The notes: generated by a model not told the origin, from the letters alone. A stretch of 64,000 nt of DNA from Octopus sinensis (GCF_006345805.1 NC_043010.1:46252001-46316000), one strand, 5' to 3'; shown: positions 36,564-50,220, numbered from the stretch's first letter. Program-made: numbers and translations.

Positions 36564-38051
36564 ATTATTTGTGAGTGTCTGTTTTTAATAACTTTATATT
36601 CATCATTCCTTTACCAACCTGTGTTGGCTGTTTCTGAGGCAACGTTTTGATAATCTCTTGCAAAGGTGGGATTAGTTTATACTTATTTTCACTTAAGGTA
36701 CTTGTATTCATATCATCATCATCATCATTTAACATCTATTTTCCCTACTGAAGAATTTGACAGAAGCTGCCAAGCTCTGCTGTCTGCTTTGGCATGTATG
36801 ACTAGATACCTTTCCTAATGCCAACCACTTCACTTAGCACCAATTCATCTCTTGGGAATAAATAAATATATACATATTCTTTTATTCTTTTATTTGTTTC
36901 AGTCATCTGACTGTGGCCATGCTGGAGCACCATGTTAAGGGGTTTTAGTCAAACAAATTGACTCCCACGATTTATTCTTTGTAAGTCTAGTACTTATTCT
37001 ATTGGTTCCTTTTGCCAAACCACTAAGTTATGGGGACATAAACACACTAACATTGGTTGTCAAGCAATGGTAGGGGATCAAACACACACACATACACACA
37101 CAGGTTTCTTTTCAGTAATTATCTGAGTTAGATTGAAGTCCTATCCAAAAAAGCATTTATCTCTCATATGATTCATATTTATAGAAAAAGGAATTAAGCT
37201 GTAACTTTAAGAACCCATGGGATTTGTAAAAAGATCAAATTATAAATTTTAATTTCAGTTGCGGAAAATGGTTGTTACTCAGTATTTCTTACCTGTAATT
37301 TCAACTTGCCATTCATATGGATTTGTAATTTGAAAACAAATGAATGAATCATTTTACCTGTGGATGAACATGAGATCATCAGAGTTAATCCTTTCTTTAG
37401 TATTTAAACTGGCCATATCCAGCCCAAATATCCCCCTTGTTTTAAGTTCAAACAGGCCAGATCCGGCCTCTCACACTGACCTTACAATGTTATTCCAAAA
37501 ATACATAATTACATTATTAAAATCTCAGAGGAAGAGATAATATATGATTCGTTCAAATCAAAGTGAATAATTAAGCATTACAGGCTACAATCCAGCCTCT
37601 CACACATAGCCTACAATGTCATTCTAAAATTCCATTATCAAAATCTCAAAGCTATCAGATAAGTTATGATTAATTTAAAACAATGTGAATAAGTATTACA
37701 TTTTTATTAAAGTCTGATGCTTATTCTATGTACTTTTGCTGAACTGTTAAGTCATGGGAAAGTAAATAAACTAATACCAGTTAAGCATCTGGTGGTGGTG
37801 TGGGGGTGACAGAAATATACACACTCACACACATATGACAGGCTTCCACACAGTTTCCATCTAGCATATTTGCTTACAAGGTATTAGTTGAACTGGTGTT
37901 ACAGTAGAAGACACTTGTCCAAGATGCTGCGCAGTGGGATTGAATCTGAAACCATGTGGTCGCAAAGTGAACGTCTTAATCATACAGCCATGTCTGTGGC
38001 TGTCAAACGTTGTGTAAAAGTCTTAACTCTTCAGTTCTGAGTTCTGCTTCC

Positions 38052-38282
38052 TTCACCCTTTAGCATTTAAACTAGCCATTTCCTGCCCAAATATTCAGCC
38101 CGTTTTATGTTCAAACTGACCAGATCTCACTTCTCACACCTAACCCACACTATCATTCTAATAATATACAGTCACATCATCGAATTCTTAAAGTTATGAA
38201 ATAACACATGATTAATTCAAAACAATGATAGGAATGAATAAGCATTGCATTTCACTGGGTAATTTGAATACTAAAAGATTAA
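38052..38282. mobile_element. TTAA-type MITE family P1
   Basis: CCCTTTAGCATTTAAAC.. ..AATACTAAAAGATTAA; further partial copies at about 13141-13232, 17817-17921 and 37382-37715. Confidence 0.7.
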
Positions 38283-39978
38283 ATTCTACTTTTTCTACAC
38301 TTCCTCTCTCTCTCTTTCGGAGAGGCACTGAGCAGCTATACGCACACATACACACACAGCAGTAACTTCCACCTACCGAATTCAATCACAAAGCTCCGGT
38401 CGGCTCGGGGCTATAGTGGAAGACACCTACCCAGAGTGCCACGCAGTGGGACTGAACCCGAAACCATATAGCTAGGAAGCAAGCTCCCTACTTATTTTTC
38501 TTAAATCATTATCACTCATCATCACCATCCTCTCTACCATTGAACAGATCTGTGGTGCACAGGTAAATACAGTTATTGATGCTACAACTATTGTGTATGT
38601 GCAAACTGAGTGAGACATTCTTCTTAAAATATTGCTATAAATGTGTTGCATCAGCCAGAATGTTGTTGCAAGGATTCTGTCCATGGCAGTATGTGGCAGT
38701 ATGTGGGTATTGTGTGTTCTTTACATACCTTGGCTGACTTACATTTTAGAGCCTTTTGTTCTCATTGTTGGTAGTCATTGAATCTTTTATACAATAGCCT
38801 GTTGTGTGTTCTTTGGTGTTCTTTGTAGTTGTAATTTATTGTGGAGAAGGTTTGTGTTACAGGCAGTGTTGGCCTAAAAACCAGTTAGAGGCAACTTGTG
38901 GCTTGCAGGACTTTCTGAATGACATGCCTAGTGAAATTGGTTTCAGATTTTGACACAAAGCGAGCAATTTCAGCTGATGAGATAAGTCGATTAAATCAAC
39001 CCCAGTGCTCAGCTGCTACTTATTTTATCGACCCCTGAAGGAATGAAAGGTAAAATCAACCATAGCAGAATTTGAACTCAGAACCTAGAGCTAGACAAAA
39101 TTCTACTAAACATCTTGCTCAGTGTACTAACAATTCTGCCAGCTCACTACCTTGGCACACCTAACAAAATTTTACCTTGAAACTTTTTTTAGGAGTGTGG
39201 TCCACCTGATGATGCCATGTTTCATGTGGGCTGCTTCTCAAAGAAAAAAAAAAGCAAAAAGAAAAATAACATGGTTACACCTGATTGCTTTAAGCCATCT
39301 AGTGTCTAATAATGGGTTGTAAACTAGTAAATTGCCTTTCTCTGATAGTCAAATGTGGTGTATTGAGTGCTGCTTGAGTTTTGTTATATAATTTTTTTTC
39401 TTTCTTTTGGTATTTTTTGCCATGTCTTTCATGTGCACTATGAATGCTGTAGAACTATCGTATGTATTGTTAATATTTCTGTATGGTGTGTTTATGTTGT
39501 TGAGTGTGTGTTTGATGTGCTTTGGTGTTGTTAAAAAGGAAATGGTAGGTTTACCAGTGTTACTTTTTTATCTATTGATTATACAGTCTATACATTATAG
39601 GAGAATCTAAGAAAGAAAAAAAAGGTGTTTCTTATGTTGTCAGTATGGTTTCCAATACAGTCACTTGTCCATGCATCACCTAATGAGTTATGTGTCATCA
39701 GTTGAGGCCTTATGATCTCAAGTCTGTTTCAGCCAGCAATCAAACATTCAATGCTTATAGCACATATTATTCATACCCTCTCCCTACTAACACTGACTAG
39801 CAGTATCTCTCAATACATATTTTTTTTTTTTACAAGCTGATGACAGATGATCAGAGTGTTATGGCACATAATAATCTGTATGATTTCATATATATATATA
39901 TACACACACACATGTATATACACAGACGCACATACATATATATACGTGCACAAACACACACACACATATATATATATA

Positions 39979-40320
39979 GGCACAGGAGTGGCTGTGTAGT
40001 GAGTAGCTTGCTTACCAACCCTGTGGTTCTGGGTTCAGTCTCACTGTGTGGCACCTTGGGCAAGTGTCTTCTGCTATAGCTTCAGGCCAACCAAAAGCCT
40101 TGTGAGTGAATGTGGTAGACGGAAGCTGAAAGAAGCCCATCGTAAATATATATATGTGTATATGTTTGTGTGTCTGTGTTTGTCCCCCTACCATCGCTTG
40201 ACAACCGATGTTGGTGTGTTTATGTCCCTGTAACTTAATGGTTAGGCAAATGAGACCGATAGAATAAGTACTAGGCTTACAAAGAATAAGTCCTGGCGTT
40301 GATTTGCTTTAAATAATTTT
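39979..40320 (+). mobile_element. SINE family A (3'-truncated; left member of an inverted pair)
   Basis: GGCACAGGAGTGGCTGTGT head through ..AAGTCCTGGCGTTGATTTG. Confidence 0.85.
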
Positions 40321-40346
40321 ACACTGAATTGTTTTAGCTTGTGGAT

Positions 40347-40690
40347 CTTTTACTTGTTTCAGTCTGTGGCCATGCTGGGGCACTGCTTTGAATAATTTTT
40401 AGTCGAATGATACCTATTCTATCAGTCTCTTTTACTGAACTGCTAAGTTACAAAGATGTAAACACACCAACTCAGGTTGTTAAGTGGTGGAGGTGGGACA
40501 AACACAGACATGAACACACACACACACACTATGGGCTTCTTTCAGTTTCCATCTATGAAATCCACTCACATGGTTTTAGTCGGCCCTAGACTTTAGTAGA
40601 AGACACTTGCCCAAGGTGCCACGCAGTGGGACTGAACTCAGACCCATGTGGTTGGGAAGCAAGCTTCTTGCCACATGGCCATGCCTGTGC
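40347..40690 (-). mobile_element. SINE family A (right member of an inverted pair)
   Basis: Reverse-complement A copy, tail-to-tail with the 39979 copy. Confidence 0.8.
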
Positions 40691-43630
40691 TTGCCACACA
40701 ACCATGTTGATGTTTATTATACCATTTAAACTACAAAAGTTATCCAGAATTGTCTATTACATAAGAAGCAAACAAATGTTTTCTTTTGCCAGTAAGAATT
40801 ATCCCTTTTTCATGTTTGTTCTTCAAGGATGACAGATTAGGCTGAGGTATGATGTTAGCAGCCTAGAAATGTATGTTTTGGGTTTGGCCTATTTCTTAAA
40901 GGGGCTGGAATGTGACTGTAAAGTTATTTCAAGACAGTGCCATAAACCCTATTTCTTGATCTATAAGCATGACATGTAGCACGAATTCCTTTCAGTTCAG
41001 TTAACCCTTCCTAAAATCATCAAATATTCTAAGATCAGGCTGATAGTTATTCATATCCAGGCTGCAAAAAACTTTTTGAAATTTTATAATTGATTTCTAT
41101 AATTCAAATAAGTTTTAATATATTGAATACAAATTCAACTACAAAAAAAAAAGCAAACACTTTTTGCTTCTAGTACAATCTTTGAATAAATTCCATAATG
41201 CTATGGTATGTAAGTAATTCCTGGAATATTTTTTAGAAAGGGATGTCATGTTTTTATTGTAAATTGGTTTGGTTTTGGGGTTTAGGCTCAATTTTTTTTT
41301 TTTTTACATTTCTTTACATCCCTCTTTTTCTTTCCCTACATGCTTTCCCTACCCATTTCTATTCATGCACTCTCATCCATTCTCTCTCCTACCCCTCTTT
41401 TTTTTTCTGTTTACATCTTATCTATACTTTTTAATGGTGAATGCTTACCTCTCATTCTAAAACCCTTGTATTCTTTTCTACATTAGATGTTCAACTACAT
41501 TCCAACACAACAATATAGCATAATAAACAACTCTGTGGTCTCTTAACATTTAGCATTGCTTGATTTGTTTATCTATAACAACATACTTTTATTTATGCTA
41601 TCTTTCAAGAAATCCTATCCTGGAAACTTGGATATATCTACTTCCTTTTCTTTTGAAATCTTCATTTTATAGATCACATAACTAAAACATATTGAAGTTC
41701 CATATTATTCCATATTATTTCACATCAATGCACTTGGCATTGATTTTTTTTACCTTTACAAAATTTTATTGTATAATCATATTAAAAATTATTGTTTTCT
41801 TTATAAAAAAAGCAAAAAAAAAGTCAATGTATTTTTAGAATCTTCATCATAAGCATTATCACTATTATTATTTTAATGCTTATTTTACCATTTTGAAATG
41901 AATTTGCAATATGGCATCACTTCATGGTTCAGAACCCTGCATCATTTTGTCAGTGAAGCTTGACGTTCTTTGACATGCTGAAACTTCTTGGCTTTAAGAA
42001 TTCAGTGGTTTAACACTTAATTGTGGGTGTCTCCTACAATCAACCCATCACACCTTTTTGCTTATCATACAGTGTTCCTTCCTAAACTTTGTGGTTCTGG
42101 GTTCATTGCCACTGCATGGCACCTTGGCAAGTGTCTTTCTTCTACTATAGCCTTGGGCTGACCAGAGCCTTGTGAATGGATTTAGTAGAAAGAAACTGAA
42201 AGCAGCTTGGCATGTGTGTTTTTGTGTCTGTGTTTGTCCCCCACCATCACTTGACAACTGGTGTTGGTGTGTTTACAGTTTTGTAACTTAGTGAGTTCAA
42301 CAGAAGAGACCAATAATATAAGTATCAGGTTTAAAAGAAAAAAAAGTACTAGAATCGATTCATTTGACTAAAAAAGTAATTCTTCATGGCAATGCCACAG
42401 CATAACTGAATCAACTAAAAGATAAGATACTTTGGCAACCAGGTCACATTTCTAGTACCCCACCACAAGCATAGACCACTTTCTGAAACAAATTCAAAAC
42501 TTAACCTAATTAATGCTTTTTAAAACATGCCCCCCCTCCTTTGGTCACCCCATTATCACCCCACTTTTCTTCAATGCTTCTCTGGATCTTTTCACCGTCC
42601 CCACTTTGGGAACCATTGATGTAGACTGATATTTTCGAGATGGGCAGCAACATCACACTTTTCCATTTAACTTTCCCCTAAAGTTGGAATCCTCATGGCT
42701 GAAAAAATTTGGCTGGATTAATAGAGGAGAGTAAGTTTCTGGTAAGCTAATATGAAGAAAGAAGTCTTCAGTAGTATTCCAAACAAGCCAGTCAAGTACA
42801 GGACATCATTACTTCCACCACTGCCACCACCGTAACAAATATATTTATAAGTATTGCAACAGTTTATCTACTTACATATCTATTTATATCAAGACCTCAC
42901 CCTCTCTAAATCTCTTACTTTCTCTCTTTGCCTCATACTCTCTCTTTCACAGTCTTTCTCTGTCTTCATCTCTCTTTAATTCTGTCTCTTTCTATTCCTT
43001 ACACACACACACTCTGCTATCACTTTTGTGTTTGTGTGTGTGTGTTTCCTCCACCTCCAGCAGTTTTTCTTCTCCTTTCTCATTTACTAAAAGTTATATC
43101 TTACTCTAATTTTACCTTTCTGTGTAGAGGATTATTTAATGTATAAAGTGGAAATCTGCAACCACTTAACCTTATTCTTCATTCATCACTGTTAATATCT
43201 TATGTTATAGGGAGTGGAGAGAATTAGATACAGAAAGAGAATCATAGGTGAGAAATCAACCACTCTTCAATAAATCAGATATCAATAAAAGCTGACATTG
43301 GTATTGGTGGGGAAAAATCTATAATTAATATGGAATAATGAAAAAAAAAAAAAAGGTACATGAATGGAAGAAAAATTTCCAGATTAATAAAAGCTTATAA
43401 ATAGAAATGTGTGAGGTTCAGAAAAGCAAGTCAAACCAATTTACAAATAAAGTCTTTATTCATAATTGCTAATCTCTTCTCAAAATCCTATTTTGAATTA
43501 TTATTTGTAACAGTGCTGTTACTGCCGCTGCTGGTAGGAATACAATAATAATCCTTTCTTTATTGATCTCAAGGGCCCCATACTTACAATATAAAACATG
43601 GGCATGCATGTGTGTGTGTACATCATCATT

Positions 43631-43880
43631 ATCATCATCATCGTTTAAGGTCCGCTTTCCATGCTAACATGGGTTGGACGATTTGACTTAGGGCTGGCGA
43701 ACCGGATGGCTGCACCAAGCTGCAATCTTGATCTGGCAGAGTTTCAACAGCTGGATGCCCTTCCTAACGTCAACCACTCTGAGAGTGTAGCAGGTGCTTT
43801 TACGTGCCACCGGCACGGGGCCAGTTCAGGCAGTACTGGCAACGACCTCACTCGAATCTTTTGCACATGCCACCGGCACA
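43631..43880 (-). mobile_element. RTE 3' tail (family E) with two hairpin units
   Basis: (CAT)n, GGATGCCCTTCCTAACG, and GTGCCACCGGCAC-type hairpins at about 43804 and 43868. Confidence 0.8.
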
Positions 43881-43892
43881 TACATATATTTA

Positions 43893-43930
<38 letters not shown>

Positions 43931-44093
43931 AATATGCATATGTATGTATATCATCGTTATTAACATTTTATGTCCGTTTTTCATGCTGGCATGGCTTGGA
44001 CAGCTTGACAGTTACTGGCATGGCCAGGCTCCTGCACCAGGTTCCATAGTCTGTTTTGACTTGGCTTTTACGACTGGATGACTTTCATATAAA

Positions 44094-44310
44094 TGTACTT
44101 GTACTTGTGACAGCGTTTACCCAGGGTGGGTTGAGCCAGCTTCTTCTCTGGACCTAACGGCATCACGAACCATGGCGGCCCACGCTCGACAGTCACTGGA
44201 GATAGTGAGCTTCTTCTCTGATCCTAACGGCATCACGAACCATGACGGCCCATGCCTGAGGTCACTGGAGATAGCGAGCCATTCGCGGTTCATATGAATG
44301 GAGTAAGGAT
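44094..44310 (-). mobile_element. Non-LTR (RTE-like) 3' end with 70-bp internal duplication and (CAAGTA)n tail
   Basis: Minus strand gives CRAWAAMVRDAVRSREEAGSTHPG* then CAAGTACAAGTACA; direct repeat units start at 44138 and 44208. Confidence 0.6.
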
Positions 44311-45726
44311 CAAAAAATGTAATACAGTATATATGACAGGTGTTAAGTTTTTCAATACAACATCAATGAAGCAACCCACAGTAGAGTGAGAAACCCATCT
44401 CCTAGATAGGATTAGGATACCCCACCATTGTTATCAGTTTCAGAAATTGGGTTCTGACCATTGGAAACAAACAAACAACAACAACAATAATGGTTTCAAA
44501 TTTTGCCACAAGGGCAGCCGTTTTGGGGGAGGGGATGAGTTGGTTACATTGACCCCAGTGTTCAACTGGTACTTATTTTACCAACCCTAAAGGATAAAAG
44601 ATAAAATCAACCTCAGTGGAATTCGAACACAGAAGGTAGCAATGGGCAAAATACCGCTAAGCATTTCATCCATAGCACTAACAAGTCTGCTAGCTCAGTA
44701 ATAATAATAATAATAATCTTTTTGACTACAAGCAACAGGGCTAGTCGATTACATTGACCCCAGTGCATAACTGGTACTTATTTCACTACCTGGTCTAGGT
44801 AGTGATTGTGAGTACAACACCCTAACCACTAGGCTATGCATAATGATAATAATTCTTTGTATTATAGGCAAAGGACCTGAAATTTCACGGGAGGGGACCA
44901 GTTAATTACATCAACCCCAGTGCTCAACTGTTAACTATTTTATTGACCCTGAAAGCATGAATGGCAAAGTCGACTTTGGTGACATTTGAACTCAGAACAT
45001 AACGACATGAAATGTCGCTAAGCATTTTGCCCAGCATGCTAATGATTCTACCAGCGCTATGCTTTATTAATAATTATTTACTTAGCTATAATACACATAA
45101 AAAAAGAATACAGATTCCAAATTAATACTTTTGATCTCATTTTGCTACATTTAAAAAAAATTTTTCTCCATTACTGCAATAAAAGAAATTAAATATATAA
45201 AGACCAATAAGAAATCATCAGATATTGATTTCTTTTGAAATTTGATTTGCTGATATTTGACTTCTTAAATAAAACACAAATTGCTCCATTTGCGAAAGAG
45301 TTGACATTGAGATGCCTGCAAAGATTCTGTAATGCATTCTGTTCTAATCCTTGACAGAAAGGATGTTTCAGCTTGTTTTCATTAAAAACATCTGTTCTTA
45401 TAAAACTTTTTAAAGTTAGACAATGACAAAGCAGCTTAGTATTCAGTCAGATGTTATTTAGGACTTGAATGCATCCAAGTATGCAAAAGACTAAAATTTT
45501 CTTCTTAGTAACTCTGCACAGATGGGGCTTAACTTTTGCTCCTTTCTCCCTTTTAGGATTGATAAAATGTGATGTATAGCTTTTACCTTTGTACATGTGT
45601 TAATTCAGGTGAGTATAATTTGTTCTTTATAAAATTGACCTTGCTCCTAGAGAAAAAAATAAATGATCAAATAAAATTAATATAAAAATTGATATAATAT
45701 TAAAATATTAAATAAAATTGACATAA

Positions 45727-46165
45727 GTGCAGGCATGGCTGTGTGGTAATAAGCTTGCTTCCCAACCACATGGTTCCAGGTTCAGTTCAGGTTTCTTCTA
45801 CTATAGCCTCAGGCTGATCAAAGCCTTGTGAGTTGATTTTGTAGACAGAAACTGAAATAAGCCTGTCATATATATGTATATATATTTACCTGTGTATATA
45901 TGTATATATATATACACAGGTCATATATATATTTACCTGTGTGTGTCTTTGTGCCTGTGTTTGTCCCCCACAATTGCTTGACAATCGATGTTGGTGTGTT
46001 TACGTCCCTGTAATTTAGTGGTTCGGCAAAAGAGACCGATAGAATAACTACTAGACTTACAAAGAATAAGTCCTGGGGTTGATTTCTTCAACTAAAAAAC
46101 CCTTTAAGGTGGTGCTCCAGCATGGCTGCAGTTAAATGACTGAAACAAGTAAAAGAATAAAAGAA
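45727..46165 (+). mobile_element. SINE family A
   Basis: Head, expanded central microsatellite and full tail present. Confidence 0.85.
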
Positions 46166-46374
46166 TGTAAATAGCCAGAAGAATCACTAGTTGTGGGAGG
46201 AGAAATTTCACATGATATTTATTTTAGACTATTATATCTCATAATATTAAAATATTAAGGTACCAGATTACTAGTACAGTACTTATAAGTTGAAACTCAT
46301 TGTAATGTGTGGTCTCGTTGCAGCTGGACATTATGTACTCTAACAATTCAAACAATGACACAACTATTTGTCAT

Positions 46375-46608
46375 CTAACCCTTTTGATACCCACCTACTT
46401 GAGACAGCCCCAGGTTCTATGACATAAATTTACTTTACTGTTTTAAAGCGGTCTAAATTATAATCGTCCATCAAAACTTAATGCTAATTTGTTCCAGACC
46501 CCAGTTTAATTATGAGAAAGTTAATTTACTAAATTCTTCATTATTTTTAAAAATTAATTGAAACAAAGACCGCATATGTTGACAGAAATATGGTAACAAA
46601 ACGGTTAA
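46375..46608. mobile_element. TTAA-type MITE family P2
   Basis: CTAA CCCTTTTGATACC ... GGTAACAAAACGG TTAA. Confidence 0.7.
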
Positions 46609-48354
46609 GCAGATGGCATCCCTAGGTAACTTCTTTCACCTTATGTATAAACAACTGAGTAACTGTGAGTCATTGAGTTGTTTTTACATTAATAGAGTTC
46701 CATTCTCAACTGGGACTCTGTCATTGAGCTGCTGCACTGTTGCATTGCTGCTTTAATTAGGCTACACTGTGTGTTGGCTCTAGTGATTACTTGGTTTTGT
46801 TATTTTAGAAAATAGAATTCGTATCATGTTGTCACACTAAGGAATTATTTCAAGGCCACAGACAGCCTGTAGTGCAAAAGTAAATGAATTCAAGAATATT
46901 GAGCTAGAATGTCAACAACTCAAATAGGATCTTTCTATTGCTTGTTGATAGATATCATCATCATCATCATCATTTGTATTCTATGCTGGCATATGAAGTT
47001 GTACAGTTTGAAAGTACCCGATGGGTTCAAGGACTGCATTGCACTATAGTGTCTGCTTCAGTATGGTTTCTTTGGCCGGATGCCCTTCCTAATGTCAGGC
47101 ATTTTACAGCATGTACAGGGTGCTTTTTTATCAAGCACTGGCTCTAGTGAAGTTGCCATATAACTCTATAACTCGCAAGACTTCAAAACCTAGAATAAGT
47201 ACTAGGGTTAATTTATTTGATTAAACCCTTCAATGCAGTGCTCCAGCATGGCCACTGTCCAATGACTAAAATCTGTAAAAGATAACAGAAATGAAAAGAT
47301 TAATAAAGAACTAATTAATTTTCCTTTCAAATCTGATGTAGAAATTACATTACGACGTAGTCATGTTTATGATAAAATATATTCTTGAGTGCTCTTTTTT
47401 AAGAGCTGGAGAGAGACATATGTCCAACAGAATATCCATTTGACCATTTTAATTTAGTTCTTTTGTCTCATTTGGATTTTTTTTTTTTGCATCACAGCTT
47501 AATGGAATAAAACAACTCTAAAAAAAAAAAAAACTAATAAATGAATGTTATGATTTTCAGAAATTGAGCCTTAAGTCTTTAACATTAATGACAATATTTG
47601 AGAAGCTTTGTATAAGCTAAATGTTCATATTCTCTCATTAAAAATAATAAATGATAAAAATAAAAAGATAAAGAAGACAAGCTCTTTTTTGTTCTTAGAA
47701 TACAGAAATAAGCATACACATGAAAGGCCATCCTTGATGTATGTGTACTGACGTCAAAAGAATACCCTGCTGCCTCTCTCTCAAACACACACACTTACAC
47801 ACACATACACACACTTTGCAGCAGACTCTCAGCTACATTTTAGTTATGGTTGGTATATCCTCTCTTTCTGAAACTATTATTGTGAGTCTATTTATAAACA
47901 GCAATATGGCTTTTCCTCAGAAATCTAGCCACACTCACCAACAAATACTACTACTACTTTTCTACATGAAGTTGATCTATAAATATGCCTTCCAGTATAT
48001 TAATCTCAACACCTATCAGCACTTGAGTTTTCTTCTTGTTTCATGTTGGTTTGTGTTTGTTTATCTTCATGTTTATTTTAATGAATTTCGATGTTTTCAA
48101 GCTACAGCGTTTATTTGTTGGAGGCATGAGAATTTCTGATGTAAATTGAATTGCTACTTGCCAAGATTGTCATAACAATAACTCTACAGACACTAGTAGA
48201 ACTTCGATAAGAATTTCTCTTCCTTTTTTTTTTAATTAAACCAAACTACTAAGGGTACCCTAGAAGTAGTACAATAAAGGAATAAACAGCAGAAATATGA
48301 TTTTTCTTCTACCTTTATCTTTCGCTCGCTTTACGAATACCTCTCCTTCAGATT

Positions 48355-48765
48355 CTTATTTCTTTACTGCCCACAAGGAGCTACACACAGAGGGGACAAA
48401 CAAGGACAGACAGATGGATTAAGTCAATTATATCGACCCCAGTGTGTAACTGGTACTTATTTAATCGACCCCGAAAGGATGAAAAGCAAAGTCGACCTCA
48501 GCGGAATTTGAACTCAGAACGTAAAGACAGATGAAATACCTATTTCTTTACTGCCCACAAGGGACTACACACAGAAGGGACAAACAAGGACAGTCAAAGG
48601 GATTAAGTCAGTTATATCGACCCCAGTGTTTAACTGATATTTATTTAATCAACCCCGAAAGGATGAAAGGCAAAGTCGACCTTGGCGGAATGTGAACTCA
48701 GAACGTAACAGCAGACAAAATACCGCTAAGCATTTCGCCCAGCGTGCTAATGTTTCTGTCAGCTT
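48355..48765 (-). mobile_element. SINE family B, tandem (duplicated body and tail)
   Basis: Units begin TATTTCTTTACTGCCCACAAGG at about 48357 and at 48541; a single head at about 48700-48765. Confidence 0.85.
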
Positions 48766-49529
48766 CAGATTCTATTAACACCCTGGTCCCTCTCCTGCAT
48801 CTTCAATTGCCAACATTACTTTTCCATTGCTTCTGCTCCTAATATCCACTTAAGCTTTAATCATTCTCTGTCATCAAAACCTTTACGTTTGCTTTCACTG
48901 GAGCCATAATTATCTTTACTTTTAGTGTTATGATTAGTTTTAGAGCAATTGTAATCATCATCATCATCATTGTTGTCATCGTTTATAATACTTATTTATA
49001 ATACTTATTTACAGAGAGAGTAAAAAAAATAAGTATAAGTAAAAAAAAAATAAGTAAAATTTCATCAAGGTAGTGCCCCAGCATGGCCACAATCTAATGA
49101 CTGAAACAAGTAAAAATAAACGATATATGAGTCGCTTTTAGCCACACTGAACAAATAAAAACCCTTGCTTAAACTTCAAATTTTTCTCTGTATAAGGGAC
49201 TTAGTAAAATATTCTTGATGAATTTCTATATGACGAGCATGAATTAGTCAAATTGTTCTGCATGAAGTCTTTTGCGCATTAAGACTAAATTGTATTTTTG
49301 TTTTTAGCCTGTAGATTTATTTACAATTTATGTATATGTGTTTCAATTGCCAAGTGAAACAAAAACTGAAATCATACATGGAGTAGAGTTTACACATGTC
49401 TGGATATGTACTTGCATGTGTGTGTGTGTGTGTGCGTGCGTGTGTGTGTATGTGTGTGTACATTTTTGCTTATAATTACCTCAAAGCCATGAACTGCACT
49501 AAAATGTCTTGTAATATTTAGTAATTATA

Positions 49530-49872
49530 AGACGGCAAGTTGGCAGAATCATTAGCATGCTAGGGAAGATGCTTAGCAGCATTTTGTCTGTCTTTATGTT
49601 CTGAGTTCATATTCCACCAAGGTCAACTTTACATTTCATCCTTTAGGGATCAATAAAATAAGTACAAGTTGGACACTTGAGCCGATGTAATCGACTTATA
49701 ATCAAGGTTGGCAATTGAAGATGCAGGAGAGGGACCAGGGTGTTAATAAAATCTGGAGCTGGCAGAAACGTTAGCACGCCGGGTGAAATGCTTAGCGGTA
49801 TTTCGTCTGCTGTTATGTTCTGAGTTCTCCCCTAAAATTGCTGGCTTTGTGCCGAAATTTGAAACCAATATT
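49530..49872 (+). mobile_element. SINE family B (tail type 2) interrupted by a 121-bp inverted local copy
   Basis: Head and core at 49530-49700, insert at 49707-49827, tail CCCCTAAAATTGCTGGCTTTGTGCCGAAATTTGAAACC resumes at 49828. Confidence 0.75.
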
Positions 49873-50219
49873 TAGTAAACGAATAAAATTAACGGACAAG
49901 AGGATGTGCACAAGGAATGTATCAGCTTGACGCTCGGTGAAAAGAGGGAGTTTGCTGTTTCGAGCATAGCTCTTTGTTGGAAAGAAGAAAGGAAAAAGTC
50001 CAAAGAAGGAAAAGAAATCACCAACAGCATGTGTTGTAGCTACATTGCTGAAGTGGTAATTGTACTTGTTTGTGTATGTCATAAATTCAACTGTTTCTGG
50101 GGTTGACTTTGCTTTTCAGACCTTCCACAACAAATAAAATAAATACCCGTCAAGTACTGGCGTCAGTCTAATTGACTCTACCCCACTCTAAAATTTGTGG
50201 CACTCTGCCTATGCTATAA

Positions 50220-50220
<1 letters not shown>

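Noticed and set aside
44138-44279. Direct repeats as a CRISPR-like array
   Set aside because: There are only two contiguous 70-bp units with no unique spacers; they read as a duplicated LINE 3' end in a eukaryotic context.
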